This document shows positions 8,676 through 16,907 of a stretch of 64,000 nucleotides of DNA, piece after piece. How positions within the stretch are numbered: position 1 is the first letter of the stretch; the number at the start of each line of letters is the position of its first letter. Position numbers and translations under genes: made by a program. The DNA is from Candidatus Wolfebacteria bacterium (GTDB lineage: Bacteria > Patescibacteriota > Minisyncoccia > UBA6257 > UBA9933): contig JANLIR010000002.1 of the NCBI GenBank assembly GCA_024654025.1, positions 21,885 to 85,884 on the forward strand. The letters run 5' to 3'. The notes under the pieces are model-generated. The model made no database searches. It saw only the letters and a program-made list of their open reading frames with translations, and had not been told where the DNA came from.

Positions 8676-11600
8676 TTTTCATATACCAATCCTCTCTTCC
8701 ACTTTCATACGAATAAGAACAACTATTACTATAAAATAAATGCTCTCCGCCCGCGTAAAGATCCTCTCTGCTAACAGCGTTTTGCCACTGATTCCTTGAC
8801 CATTGGTCATCATTATTTCCGCCAACATAACTATCAACCTCCAATAACATCCAATATTTTTTGTTGACCGCAAACGCTACGGGAAAAGAAAAATTAAAAA
8901 CTAAATCAGAAGAAGGGCTATAAATATCAGCCAATACCGAACTGGCTAATTGCGAATTCAAATCAGGTCTATCTTTGCCGTCGTCGTTGAATACCGACAA
9001 TTTTAAATTAGCGCCGTCTGTTCCTGTGTTATGCATAACCTTCACAACGGCTTTATCAAACTGAAAATCTTTTTCCGGAACAATACTCTGCGCGCTTTTG
9101 GCAACGCATCCCGAAAAATATTTGTTCCCAAAAGGATAGCTCCAGTTATTGGCTTGAGTTTGAGTTATTTCAAAATTAATATCAGGGTATTTCCAATTCG
9201 CCGTCAAAGCGCTTGAAGTTACTCCGAATTCATCTTTAGCGCGCGCGCTTATTGAAAAATCATCGCCCGACGTAACGGACTTTACTGTACCGGTCGCATA
9301 GACAGCTTGCCACTCGCCAGAATCATTGTATCGAATCTCATAACTTAACAAAGATTCAACAGTATCTGAGTCACTGGCTTTGGACCAATCAATAGCGAGT
9401 TTGGAATTTTGCTTATCAAAAACCAAATTAATAGAGCCTGTCAATTGTGGCGCCTCATGAATAGGTTCCTTGCCAAAATAATATTTCTTTTTATCAACAG
9501 CTACTAATCGAAAAATTTCCGGGCCGCCGTTTGGTATGCTTGAATGCTCAAAAGAATAATAGCCGGCAGTTATGTAATCGCTCGCTGAAAAAGATGTTTG
9601 ATCAGCGGTTTTTTCAAGCGGAACAAAAAATTTATTAATCCCCAAACTGGAAATAGCAAATCTTTCGGTGCCTATTCCCAAACCATTGCATCTTTGGGGA
9701 GTGTCCGCTAAAATCAAGGCCTTAAATCGCGATTCTCCTCCCGTTGACGCACACGGAATATACCGGACGCCGATTACCTTAAAAAAATCTTCCGCCGGCC
9801 ACTTCCAATTATAGCCGTCGCCAAAAGGATTCTCTATGTACGTTTGTTTCGATGGCTCGCTATTTAAATAAAAAACAACGACTTTCCAGCCATCAGGCGC
9901 GTATAAACTCGGCGCGATCGGATATTGGCTATATTTTCCTTCAACCAAATAATCGCTTTGATTTCTAGGGTCTTTATAAAAATAAAGTCCGGAAAGAAAG
10001 CTCGGCGCCGAAACTGTTGTTGTGGCGCTCGCCAAAATCGAGCTACTCGCGTCAACCGCTTCGACTAATAAATCATAATTTCTGCCAACCTCATCAATTA
10101 CAATACTTGCCGACGTGGATGAAGATTGATTTAAAATAGCGCTTGAAGAAGCATCTAATATTCTGTAACCAATCTCTGTGCTTGAAGAATCAATACTAGT
10201 TACAGCTTGCCAACTCAAATCTATCCTCATTGAATCTTTAACAAAAACAGCCGAAAGGCCGTTTAAAATCGAAGAAGAAGTTGCGTCAGAAGTTGATGTT
10301 GATAAAGTTGATGTTGACGCGGTTTGCTCTTGCGAATAAGAATACGAATCGATTATTTGAGTACCCGAAGCGCTGGAAATTAAGTTTTGATTAGAAACCA
10401 AAAACAAAGCTCCTTTAGTATTATTTAAAGCCTGGCTCCACGATAAATCCGCACCCTGACATGGAGTAGCGGCGTGGCAATTCGCGCCGATTTTAAAATA
10501 ACCTTGGCTTAAAATTTTATTTCCATTTTCGAAATTTCTTTTTTTAATGTTTGAGAAATCCTCGTCAGCAGCCAAATACTGAATGGAAAAATTACTTAAA
10601 TCAACATCGCTTTCTTCAGAATTAAAAATTCTCGCGTATTCATTACCTTCATCCGCGCCTTCAGGGTTATAAACAACTTCCGTGATTTTTAACCTTAAAC
10701 TGCTTACATTAGTTGAACTTGCGGTAGAAGTGGAATTTGTAGAAGTTGAATTAGAACTAGACGCCTGATTAGACGCTTGATTAGATACTTGAGAATTTTG
10801 AGTTGTGTTATTAGCAATAACTACTCCGCCTCCGCCATAAACAACCGAATTTTCCGCTTTCGGCGTTCCGCCGACATACGCCGACGTGTGCCAACCAAAA
10901 TCACCGCCATTTCGCTCCATTGTCTTTTTCAAATAATTGTCGCCAGCTAACCAACTAGAACCAGCCAGAACTTCGTCCATTAAATTACATTGTCCATCAA
11001 ACAATCTTAAACCCTCGTCGCTGTTAGAAAGCGCGCCGGTATAAATTAAATCCGCCTTAACGTTGAGCGTGGAATTATCATCCGTTCTTTCCAAAAGGAT
11101 AAATCCGCCGCTAGATAAATTTCTGTTTTTCAATTGAGATAAATTAACTTCTATTTGCCTGCCTTTGTTAATTATTTGCCAATTAGAAAGATCAATATTT
11201 TGATTTGAAATATTTTTCAATTCTACCCATTCGTCGTTAGCGCTGACAGCTGAACCCATCCACGCTACTTCATTTATTAAAACTTTATTCCGTAAAGGAG
11301 TTTGAGAATTATTAAAAAGACATTTAGCAGCTACCTGGTTTGTTAAATTAATTTCCGTTTGAGAACCGCTGGATTTTTTATCGCTATTTTTTTCAACAAG
11401 CGAAGAAGTTGAATTTTTATCCGAATTTTTATCAATGGTTGTTTTTTGGCTGTCGCTTTTCTTTACGTTTAGACTCTTTGAACTACTACTATCATTAGGG
11501 CCAGAATTGCCAACTATTGATAAGTCCTTTTTTAAAGAAGCAATATCCTTTTTCAACGAGCTAATTTCACTTTTTAAAGATTTTATTTGGCTATTTTCAT

Positions 11601-12894
11601 CTCCGGCTGATTTAGATTTAACAGAATTCTTCGTATTTCTACTGCCTGAACTAATTTCATTCTGAACACTCAAATCATTAGTTAAAGAAACTTGGTCCGC
11701 TTGAGTAAAATCGTTTTGATTGCCAAAAAGCCCAGAAAAAAACTCTCCCACCGAAGAAAGAGTATTCTTTACCGTGCCAACAGCGCTGTCCCAAAAAGAA
11801 CCAATCACACCCTTGGCTTTTTCCGTTTCTCCATATAAGGAAACAATTGGCACCGTAGGAATATCTATTTTTGTCGCACTCGGCTGATAATCAACAACCT
11901 GGGCGTTTTCTTGCGCGTCTTTAAAAAAATTATTTATCACCTGAACGCCGGTTAAAACAACTTGTTTTGAGAGAAGATTCCAATAAGCCTGGTGAATGAT
12001 AGGATCGCTTATTAAAAAATTTTCATCTCCATCTGAAGCTTCAAATGGATAAAAATTTCCAAAATTATCGTGCCTGAAATAAATTTTCTTATCCGTGGTA
12101 ATTTCCGATGATTCACTGGTTAATTTTTTATATTTAGGATCATCAATTGTGTCTTTGCTGTAAAAATTTTCATTGGAGTATTTTGCTAATTTAATAAAAC
12201 AATCTTTTGTGTCAAAACAAGAAATACTTCCTTTAATATTCGAATTTGTTAAATTAGAAAAATTAATATTTTGGCTTTCTGCGGCCCATTTTTCATAAGG
12301 ATCAGCATCGTTTACTGCTTGATTTATTTCCGCGTGAGTATCGTTTCTGGTATGAGCCGGAACGCCTAAGTCTTCAATTAGATGCAAAACATAGCCCAAT
12401 GCCTTAAAAGAATTTTCATAAGTGGCGTAATCCGGCTTTACTGCCGCGCTGGTATTTCCCAGTCCGGCAAAAACATACGCCTGAACTGCTTTTGAATAAG
12501 TTTGATCGCCTTGGTAGAGTGAATATCTTCCTTGAAGTTTTTGATCAAACGCCCAATTTACAGAAGAAGTCGCGTCTTTTATTGAAAGGAAGATTTTTGA
12601 AAGAAGGTAAATTGTTTCTTTTGAAATATCTCCTTGTTTTTCTCCAGTCCAGCCCTGATTTAAAACCGGATCATAAAAATGATTAATCCATCTTGGCGGG
12701 GTGTCTTCTTTTATAGATCCGTTAATTATCCAATCCGCTTGCTCTTGAGATATTTTTACTCCGGAATTTTGGTTATAAACTTTTATAATTTCTCTTGTTA
12801 ATTCCTGATGGGTTGGGCTTGGCCAAAAAGCAAGAGACGAATTAAAAGAAAAAATAAATAAAAATAATATAGCCGCAAAGATTTTTTTGATCAT
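8665..12894 (-). CDS. Giant secreted protein with four elements. (1) An N-terminal zinc-dependent phospholipase C / nuclease-S1-P1-like domain. (2) A coiled coil. (3) Two lamin-tail (LTD) domains. (4) Ser/Thr-rich linkers and a C-terminal beta-rich region.
   Basis: Signal peptide MIKKIFAAILFLFIFSFNSSLA. The N-terminal domain carries HFYDPV...GW and YVLHLIEDLGVPAHTRND, resembling the PLC motifs SHFYDP and LHYLGDVNQPMH. The coiled coil is heptad-like (SLKSEISSLKKDIASLKKDLS). There are two LTD signatures, LINEVAWMGSAVSANDEWVELKN and LKITEVVYNPEGADEGNEYARIFN. 1409 aa. Confidence 0.6.
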   Translation of the reverse strand: MIKKIFAAILFLFIFSFNSSLAFWPSPTHQELTREIIKVYNQNSGVKISQEQADWIINGSIKEDTPPRWINHFYDPVLNQGWTGEKQGDISKETIYLLSKIFLSIKDATSSVNWAFDQKLQGRYSLYQGDQTYSKAVQAYVFAGLGNTSAAVKPDYATYENSFKALGYVLHLIEDLGVPAHTRNDTHAEINQAVNDADPYEKWAAESQNINFSNLTNSNIKGSISCFDTKDCFIKLAKYSNENFYSKDTIDDPKYKKLTSESSEITTDKKIYFRHDNFGNFYPFEASDGDENFLISDPIIHQAYWNLLSKQVVLTGVQVINNFFKDAQENAQVVDYQPSATKIDIPTVPIVSLYGETEKAKGVIGSFWDSAVGTVKNTLSSVGEFFSGLFGNQNDFTQADQVSLTNDLSVQNEISSGSRNTKNSVKSKSAGDENSQIKSLKSEISSLKKDIASLKKDLSIVGNSGPNDSSSSKSLNVKKSDSQKTTIDKNSDKNSTSSLVEKNSDKKSSGSQTEINLTNQVAAKCLFNNSQTPLRNKVLINEVAWMGSAVSANDEWVELKNISNQNIDLSNWQIINKGRQIEVNLSQLKNRNLSSGGFILLERTDDNSTLNVKADLIYTGALSNSDEGLRLFDGQCNLMDEVLAGSSWLAGDNYLKKTMERNGGDFGWHTSAYVGGTPKAENSVVYGGGGVVIANNTTQNSQVSNQASNQASSSNSTSTNSTSTASSTNVSSLRLKITEVVYNPEGADEGNEYARIFNSEESDVDLSNFSIQYLAADEDFSNIKKRNFENGNKILSQGYFKIGANCHAATPCQGADLSWSQALNNTKGALFLVSNQNLISSASGTQIIDSYSYSQEQTASTSTLSTSTSDATSSSILNGLSAVFVKDSMRIDLSWQAVTSIDSSSTEIGYRILDASSSAILNQSSSTSASIVIDEVGRNYDLLVEAVDASSSILASATTTVSAPSFLSGLYFYKDPRNQSDYLVEGKYSQYPIAPSLYAPDGWKVVVFYLNSEPSKQTYIENPFGDGYNWKWPAEDFFKVIGVRYIPCASTGGESRFKALILADTPQRCNGLGIGTERFAISSLGINKFFVPLEKTADQTSFSASDYITAGYYSFEHSSIPNGGPEIFRLVAVDKKKYYFGKEPIHEAPQLTGSINLVFDKQNSKLAIDWSKASDSDTVESLLSYEIRYNDSGEWQAVYATGTVKSVTSGDDFSISARAKDEFGVTSSALTANWKYPDINFEITQTQANNWSYPFGNKYFSGCVAKSAQSIVPEKDFQFDKAVVKVMHNTGTDGANLKLSVFNDDGKDRPDLNSQLASSVLADIYSPSSDLVFNFSFPVAFAVNKKYWMLLEVDSYVGGNNDDQWSRNQWQNAVSREDLYAGGEHLFYSNSCSYSYESGREDWYMKIGL

Positions 12895-12897
12895 AAA

Positions 12898-13530
12898 TTA
12901 ATTCTGGTAAAGCTTCCAAATCTGCGCTGGCTTACTGAATTGAAAAATTATTGAGCCTTGATATTTGCCCGCGGGGATTGTGCTAGTTTCCTCTGCGGCT
13001 GTATCATAAAAAGTATGATTTTTTTTCTGAATATATTCATACGCAAACTTTTTTGAATCTCTGTCCCAAAAATCAACTTCTTTCAAATTAGACCATTCAA
13101 TCGGTAATTTATTTACATACTCCCCCAACCATCCTTCACTTTGTAAACGCACTAACCATTTATACGCTCTTCCCGGGCCTTCAATGCCGATGTAATACTT
13201 TGAAGCAAGCAAAATATCGCCTTTCTTTAAAGCATCCAAATACATAAAATAAGTTTCTTCCGGAGTTTTCCCTCCGTACTTATCGTTTTTTAGAGCGTTT
13301 AAATAATCCTGCTCAGCCGAAAAATAAGCGTCGAATCCCCTTTGAGCAAAATAATCATTGTACAAAGTTTTTAAGATCGGATACCCAACAAAAAGTGCGA
13401 TGATAATCGCCAAAAAACTCAAAACAAATTTTCGATACGATTTCTTTTGGACCGGAGACAGCGAAGAATCGGGTGAAGAATTGAAAGAATCATTTGAACC
13501 GCTTTCCGAATCTTGATTTTGGAGTTCCAT
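12898..13530 (-). CDS. Hypothetical membrane-anchored protein (Ser-rich N-terminus, one TM helix), co-operonic partner of the giant PLC/LTD protein
   Basis: 210 aa; TM helix FVLSFLAIIIALFVGYPIL; its stop is 3 nt upstream of the downstream giant ORF's start codon. Confidence 0.45.
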   Translation of the reverse strand: MELQNQDSESGSNDSFNSSPDSSLSPVQKKSYRKFVLSFLAIIIALFVGYPILKTLYNDYFAQRGFDAYFSAEQDYLNALKNDKYGGKTPEETYFMYLDALKKGDILLASKYYIGIEGPGRAYKWLVRLQSEGWLGEYVNKLPIEWSNLKEVDFWDRDSKKFAYEYIQKKNHTFYDTAAEETSTIPAGKYQGSIIFQFSKPAQIWKLYQN

Positions 13531-13749
13531 AAATTTTTTGTGTTAATTATTTATAATTTTAATTTCTAAGACTATATTTTACAATAGGCCAAAAACAAAA
13601 ATTTTGTCTTCTGAAACCCATAAGTAATTTAGATCTAAAATTTCAAAACACAAATTAAATAATATTTTTAACCTCCGGTTTTAAAAACAAAAAAAGAGCT
13701 TAGAGCGCTGGTCTAAAAAAAATAATTCGGCAGTCCGTCATCTGGTGAG

Positions 13750-14029
13750 TTGCCGAATTATTGTTTGCCGAACTATTTGTGATTGGCTTTGCCGAACCAA
13801 CTATCCTAAACTTATCAATAAAGGATTGCCGAACTAGTTGTGGCGAGCCTGCCGAATTATTTATAATATATTTATCTAACTGCTTACAATAAATTTTACA
13901 GAGTCATTGCCGAACTCATCAATAGTAATCTTGCCGAACTAAACCGTACTACTATACCAAACTTTGCCGAACTTTTTGCCGAATTACTTGTGGTAATCCG
14001 TCAGCTGACGGACGGACTCTTGCCGAACT
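13750..14029. repeat. Noncoding array of ~10 direct copies of TTGCCGAA(C/T) with irregular 7-55 bp spacing, plus one inverted copy at 13724-13732 and a 16-bp palindrome TCCGTCAGCTGACGGA
   Basis: Counted directly in the sequence; no ORF of 60 aa or more in 13531-14240. Confidence 0.7.
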
Positions 14030-14200
14030 ACTGCCTATTTTAACAAAAACCAGCCTGATTCAATCCCATCACTAACTCAATACACCTATTATTTAAAGCA
14101 GCAAAATAACTAAAATCGCCTCCATTAAAACTCAAAATTTTAAACGCTCCTCAACACATCATTTATCCCCCGCTTAAACCCCACTCAAAAGTTATCCACA

Positions 14201-14240
14201 TTTACTACAATAACCTGCGATCGCAGGTTATTGTAGTAAA
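14201..14240. repeat. Perfect 40-bp palindrome TTTACTACAATAACCTGCGATCGCAGGTTATTGTAGTAAA
   Basis: Exact reverse-complement symmetry; it abuts the stop codon of the wHTH/Cas2-like gene and a perfect DnaA-box 9-mer (14192-14200). Confidence 0.9.
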
Positions 14241-14846
14241 TTAAAAATTCCCTTCAAGCGTTCCTTTTTTATCTATGGAAAAAATCTCTACATAATGCAA
14301 AATGTCTAAATTTTTAAGATCGTCGATAAAATCTTTGGGCAATTTATTCTTGCTAATCCAAACGCTTTTTTGTAGCATAGAAAACCCGAGGGCAATTAAA
14401 TTTTCCCGCAGCCAATTTCTTTTTCGCTTTTCCTCTTCGGGAATATCAAAAATAACTATCTTTAATTTTCCATCTCTGTCACTTTCTTTCGTATAAATTT
14501 TATAAGGTAATTTATTTTCTTTTTTTAACTTTAACTCATTAAGCTTCTTTTCTCCTTTTTTGGTTATCTTCCATTTAGAACGGTTGTTCTCTTTAGTTCT
14601 TTTAACTAAACCTTGTTTTTGAAGATAACCTAAAAGATTATAAAAACGCTGTTGTTCTTTCTTTTTATATTGTTCGTAACTTAATTTTGAAGAATTTTCA
14701 AAAAGTTCTTTATAGAAAGGGCCGTATTTAATCTTTCGCTTCGCTTTCTTATAAGAGTCGTGATAATTCTTTAAAATAATATCAATTAGGTCTATGCTAA
14801 GCTCCCCAAATTTCTTCGCAGCTTCCAAAATAAATTCTGTTTTCAT
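14241..14846 (-). CDS. Small protein with an N-terminal winged-helix domain and a C-terminal Cas2-fold (Cas2/VapD-like) domain
   Basis: ...FYNLLGYLQKQGLVKRTKENNRSKWKITKKGEKKL is wHTH-like. KIVIFDIPEEEKRKRNWLRENLIALGFSMLQKSVWIS matches the Cas2 beta1-alpha1-beta2 pattern (VxxYDI..RRR..L.K.L...G.R.Q.SV). The likely ATG is at 14846; the track ORF starts with TTG at 14855. Confidence 0.5.
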   Translation of the reverse strand: MKTEFILEAAKKFGELSIDLIDIILKNYHDSYKKAKRKIKYGPFYKELFENSSKLSYEQYKKKEQQRFYNLLGYLQKQGLVKRTKENNRSKWKITKKGEKKLNELKLKKENKLPYKIYTKESDRDGKLKIVIFDIPEEEKRKRNWLRENLIALGFSMLQKSVWISKNKLPKDFIDDLKNLDILHYVEIFSIDKKGTLEGNF

Positions 14847-14860
14847 GATGAGCAATTAAT

Positions 14861-14900
14861 TTTACTACAATGACCTGCGATCGCTGGCTATTGTAGTGAA
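14861..14900. repeat. Imperfect 40-bp palindrome TTTACTACAATGACCTGCGATCGCTGGCTATTGTAGTGAA, a near-copy of 14201-14240
   Basis: Same arms and GCGATCGC core with about 3 mismatches; it lies between the trxB stop and the wHTH/Cas2-like start. Confidence 0.85.
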
Positions 14901-15818
14901 TTATTTTATTTTAAGGTAATCGTAGATATTTAAGACCGCTTTGATGGCGTCGCCGGCGGCGATGTTATTTTGATTGTATAAAACGTCAGTAACGTCCCCT
15001 GCCGCCCAAATACCCTCCGAAGAAGTTTTCTGAGTTTTTTGGTCAATAATAATTCTTCCGTACTTATCCAAATCAATCAAATCTTTCACGCTTTCGCTGT
15101 TTGGCTGGAATCCGATTTCCACAAAAACGCCTTCAACCGAAAGCTCTTTCATTTCTCCGGTCTTCCTGTTCTGGTATCTGATTCCTTTTACGAATTCGTC
15201 TCCAAAAATTTCTTTTACTTCAGCCATTGTTATCTCTTGAGATTTTCCCGAGGCTCTTACCTTATCGCAAGTCACGGAATCAGCCTTGCACTCTTCCGTA
15301 TATTCCAAAATGTAAATTTTATTAGCGTAAGGCAATAAATCCATGGCTGCTTCAAAACCGGAATTTCCCCCTCCAACAACAGCCGTGGTTTTGTTTTTCA
15401 TAAGAGGCGCATCGCAGGTAGAACAATAAAAAACGCCTTTTCCATCGTATTTATCTTCTCCCGGAACATTAAGCCGCTTGTGCCGGCTGCCGGCTGTAAG
15501 TAAAATCGTTTTTGTTTCAAATTTATCCCCTTTGTCGGTAAAAACCGAGATAACTTCCCCTTGTTTTTCAATCTTAGAAACAAAAACATTGTCTTTTATT
15601 TCAATATCTTCCTGGTCGCGAAGATGACCCTCCAAATTTTTGGCAAGCTCGAAACCGGAAATATCTTTAACTCCTATCCAATTTTTAATACCCGCAGAAA
15701 CAAGAGATTGTCCCCCAAAATCCTTGGTTAAAAAAAGCGTATTTATTTTTTTCCTGGCCGCGTAAACTCCAGCCGCTACTCCGGCCGGACCGCCGCCGAT
15801 AATTATCAATTCGTACAT
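14901..15818 (-). CDS. trxB: Thioredoxin-disulfide reductase
   Basis: MYELIIIGGGPAGVAAGVYAARKK FAD-binding GxGxxG motif; the active-site region includes CSTCDAP (CxxC); NADPH site GGGNSGFEAAMDL. Likely start is M17 of the track ORF. Confidence 0.85.
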   Translation of the reverse strand: MYELIIIGGGPAGVAAGVYAARKKINTLFLTKDFGGQSLVSAGIKNWIGVKDISGFELAKNLEGHLRDQEDIEIKDNVFVSKIEKQGEVISVFTDKGDKFETKTILLTAGSRHKRLNVPGEDKYDGKGVFYCSTCDAPLMKNKTTAVVGGGNSGFEAAMDLLPYANKIYILEYTEECKADSVTCDKVRASGKSQEITMAEVKEIFGDEFVKGIRYQNRKTGEMKELSVEGVFVEIGFQPNSESVKDLIDLDKYGRIIIDQKTQKTSSEGIWAAGDVTDVLYNQNNIAAGDAIKAVLNIYDYLKIK

Positions 15819-15828
15819 AAAAATATAT

Positions 15829-16056
15829 TTAAAGCCCCAATGCCTTATCAATCCCCGCCTTGTCAAACCCGACGATAATCGTATTGTTGATATCCAAAAC
15901 AGGTACGCCCATCTGATGCGATTTCTGAATCATTTCTCTTGCAGCCGCCTCGTCTTCCTCGACATTCACTTCTTTAAATTTTATATCATTTTTCTCTAAA
16001 TATTCCTTCGCCATATGACAATAGGGGCAAACCGAAGTGGTATAAATCGTAATCAT
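15829..16056 (-). CDS. Glutaredoxin-like protein (NrdH/GrxC-like)
   Basis: 75 aa with a CPYC active site (MITIYTTSVCPYCHMAKEYL). Confidence 0.75.
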   Translation of the reverse strand: MITIYTTSVCPYCHMAKEYLEKNDIKFKEVNVEEDEAAAREMIQKSHQMGVPVLDINNTIIVGFDKAGIDKALGL

Positions 16057-16117
16057 GATTTAGTTATTAATTATAACTGGTTAATTTGGCGACCTTGGTA
16101 AATTAAATATTTGCAGC

Positions 16118-16867
16118 TTATTTTTTTAAAAAAGCATCGATTGCTTGCGCGATATTTTCATAAGAACCCTGTATCATCTGTCCGTTTATAAACAGCGTTG
16201 GAGTAGAAATTTTTCCATTCATTAATTTATTGGCTTCATTATAATTATCCGTGATTTCATTTTTGTACTTTTTTGAATCAAAACATTGCAAAAAACTTGC
16301 AGTATCCATTTTTAAATCAACTGCTGTTTTTTCAAAAAAGTTTCGGTTTAAATTCCCGTTGTTTTCATTACTTTGCAATGCGCCAGACATTACCTTTTCT
16401 ACTTCGCCCCACTCAGCCTTAAATATCTCGTCGTGGAATTGCCAAAATTTCCCTTGCTCCCTAGCGCAACCCGCCGCTAAAGCTGCTGCCTCAGATTCCA
16501 AACCCAAAAACGCAAGCTCCTTATAAATCATTTTTGCTTTGCCGGTTTTTATATAATTATCCGTTATCTTGCCTTGTATTTCTTTAAAAAATTTAGCGCA
16601 AAACGGGCATTGATAATCACCAAACTCAATAATCGTTACCGGCGCGTCGGAATTTCCCAAAACCACATCAGAAGCAGAAACAGAAACTTTTTGAGCTTCC
16701 CGATTACCTTCGCTATTTTTAGCCGATCCCGATAAATTGGCTTTTTGCCCTTCGTAATTTTTAAGACCTGTTGAATAAATAACAGATACCGCTATTATTA
16801 CCGCAGCCGTCAAAATGCTTGCCGGAAGCAACCAATCTTTTTGATTATTTTGCGTGTCGTTTTCCAT
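16118..16867 (-). CDS. DsbA-like thiol:disulfide oxidoreductase, membrane-anchored
   Basis: N-terminal TM helix, then a thioredoxin fold with a CPFC active site (FGDYQCPFCAKFFKE). Confidence 0.7.
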   Translation of the reverse strand: MENDTQNNQKDWLLPASILTAAVIIAVSVIYSTGLKNYEGQKANLSGSAKNSEGNREAQKVSVSASDVVLGNSDAPVTIIEFGDYQCPFCAKFFKEIQGKITDNYIKTGKAKMIYKELAFLGLESEAAALAAGCAREQGKFWQFHDEIFKAEWGEVEKVMSGALQSNENNGNLNRNFFEKTAVDLKMDTASFLQCFDSKKYKNEITDNYNEANKLMNGKISTPTLFINGQMIQGSYENIAQAIDAFLKK

Positions 16868-16907
16868 ATGATAAGATTATTTATTATAACATAGCTGTCA
16901 ACCCCTT

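Noticed and set aside
8679-8873. 64-aa minus-strand ORF overlapping the 3' end of the giant PLC/LTD gene
   Set aside because: It is fully nested in another frame of an 1409-aa ORF with strong domain evidence.
13750-14029. Possibility that the TTGCCGAAC array is a CRISPR array (it sits next to a Cas2-fold gene)
   Set aside because: The repeat unit is only 9-10 bp and the spacers are 7-55 bp and irregular. CRISPR repeats are 23-50 bp with uniform spacers, and there is no cas1 or leader-like organisation.
14192-14200. Perfect DnaA-box 9-mer TTATCCACA (and its complement TGTGGATAA at 55886-55894)
   Set aside because: Only two isolated copies in 64 kb, roughly the chance expectation. There is no clustering, DUE-like AT tract or dnaA/dnaN gene nearby, so this is not a credible oriC.
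14214-14221. GCGATCGC core resembling the cyanobacterial HIP1 element
   Set aside because: Only two occurrences, both inside the 40-bp palindromes; the gene content is not cyanobacterial.
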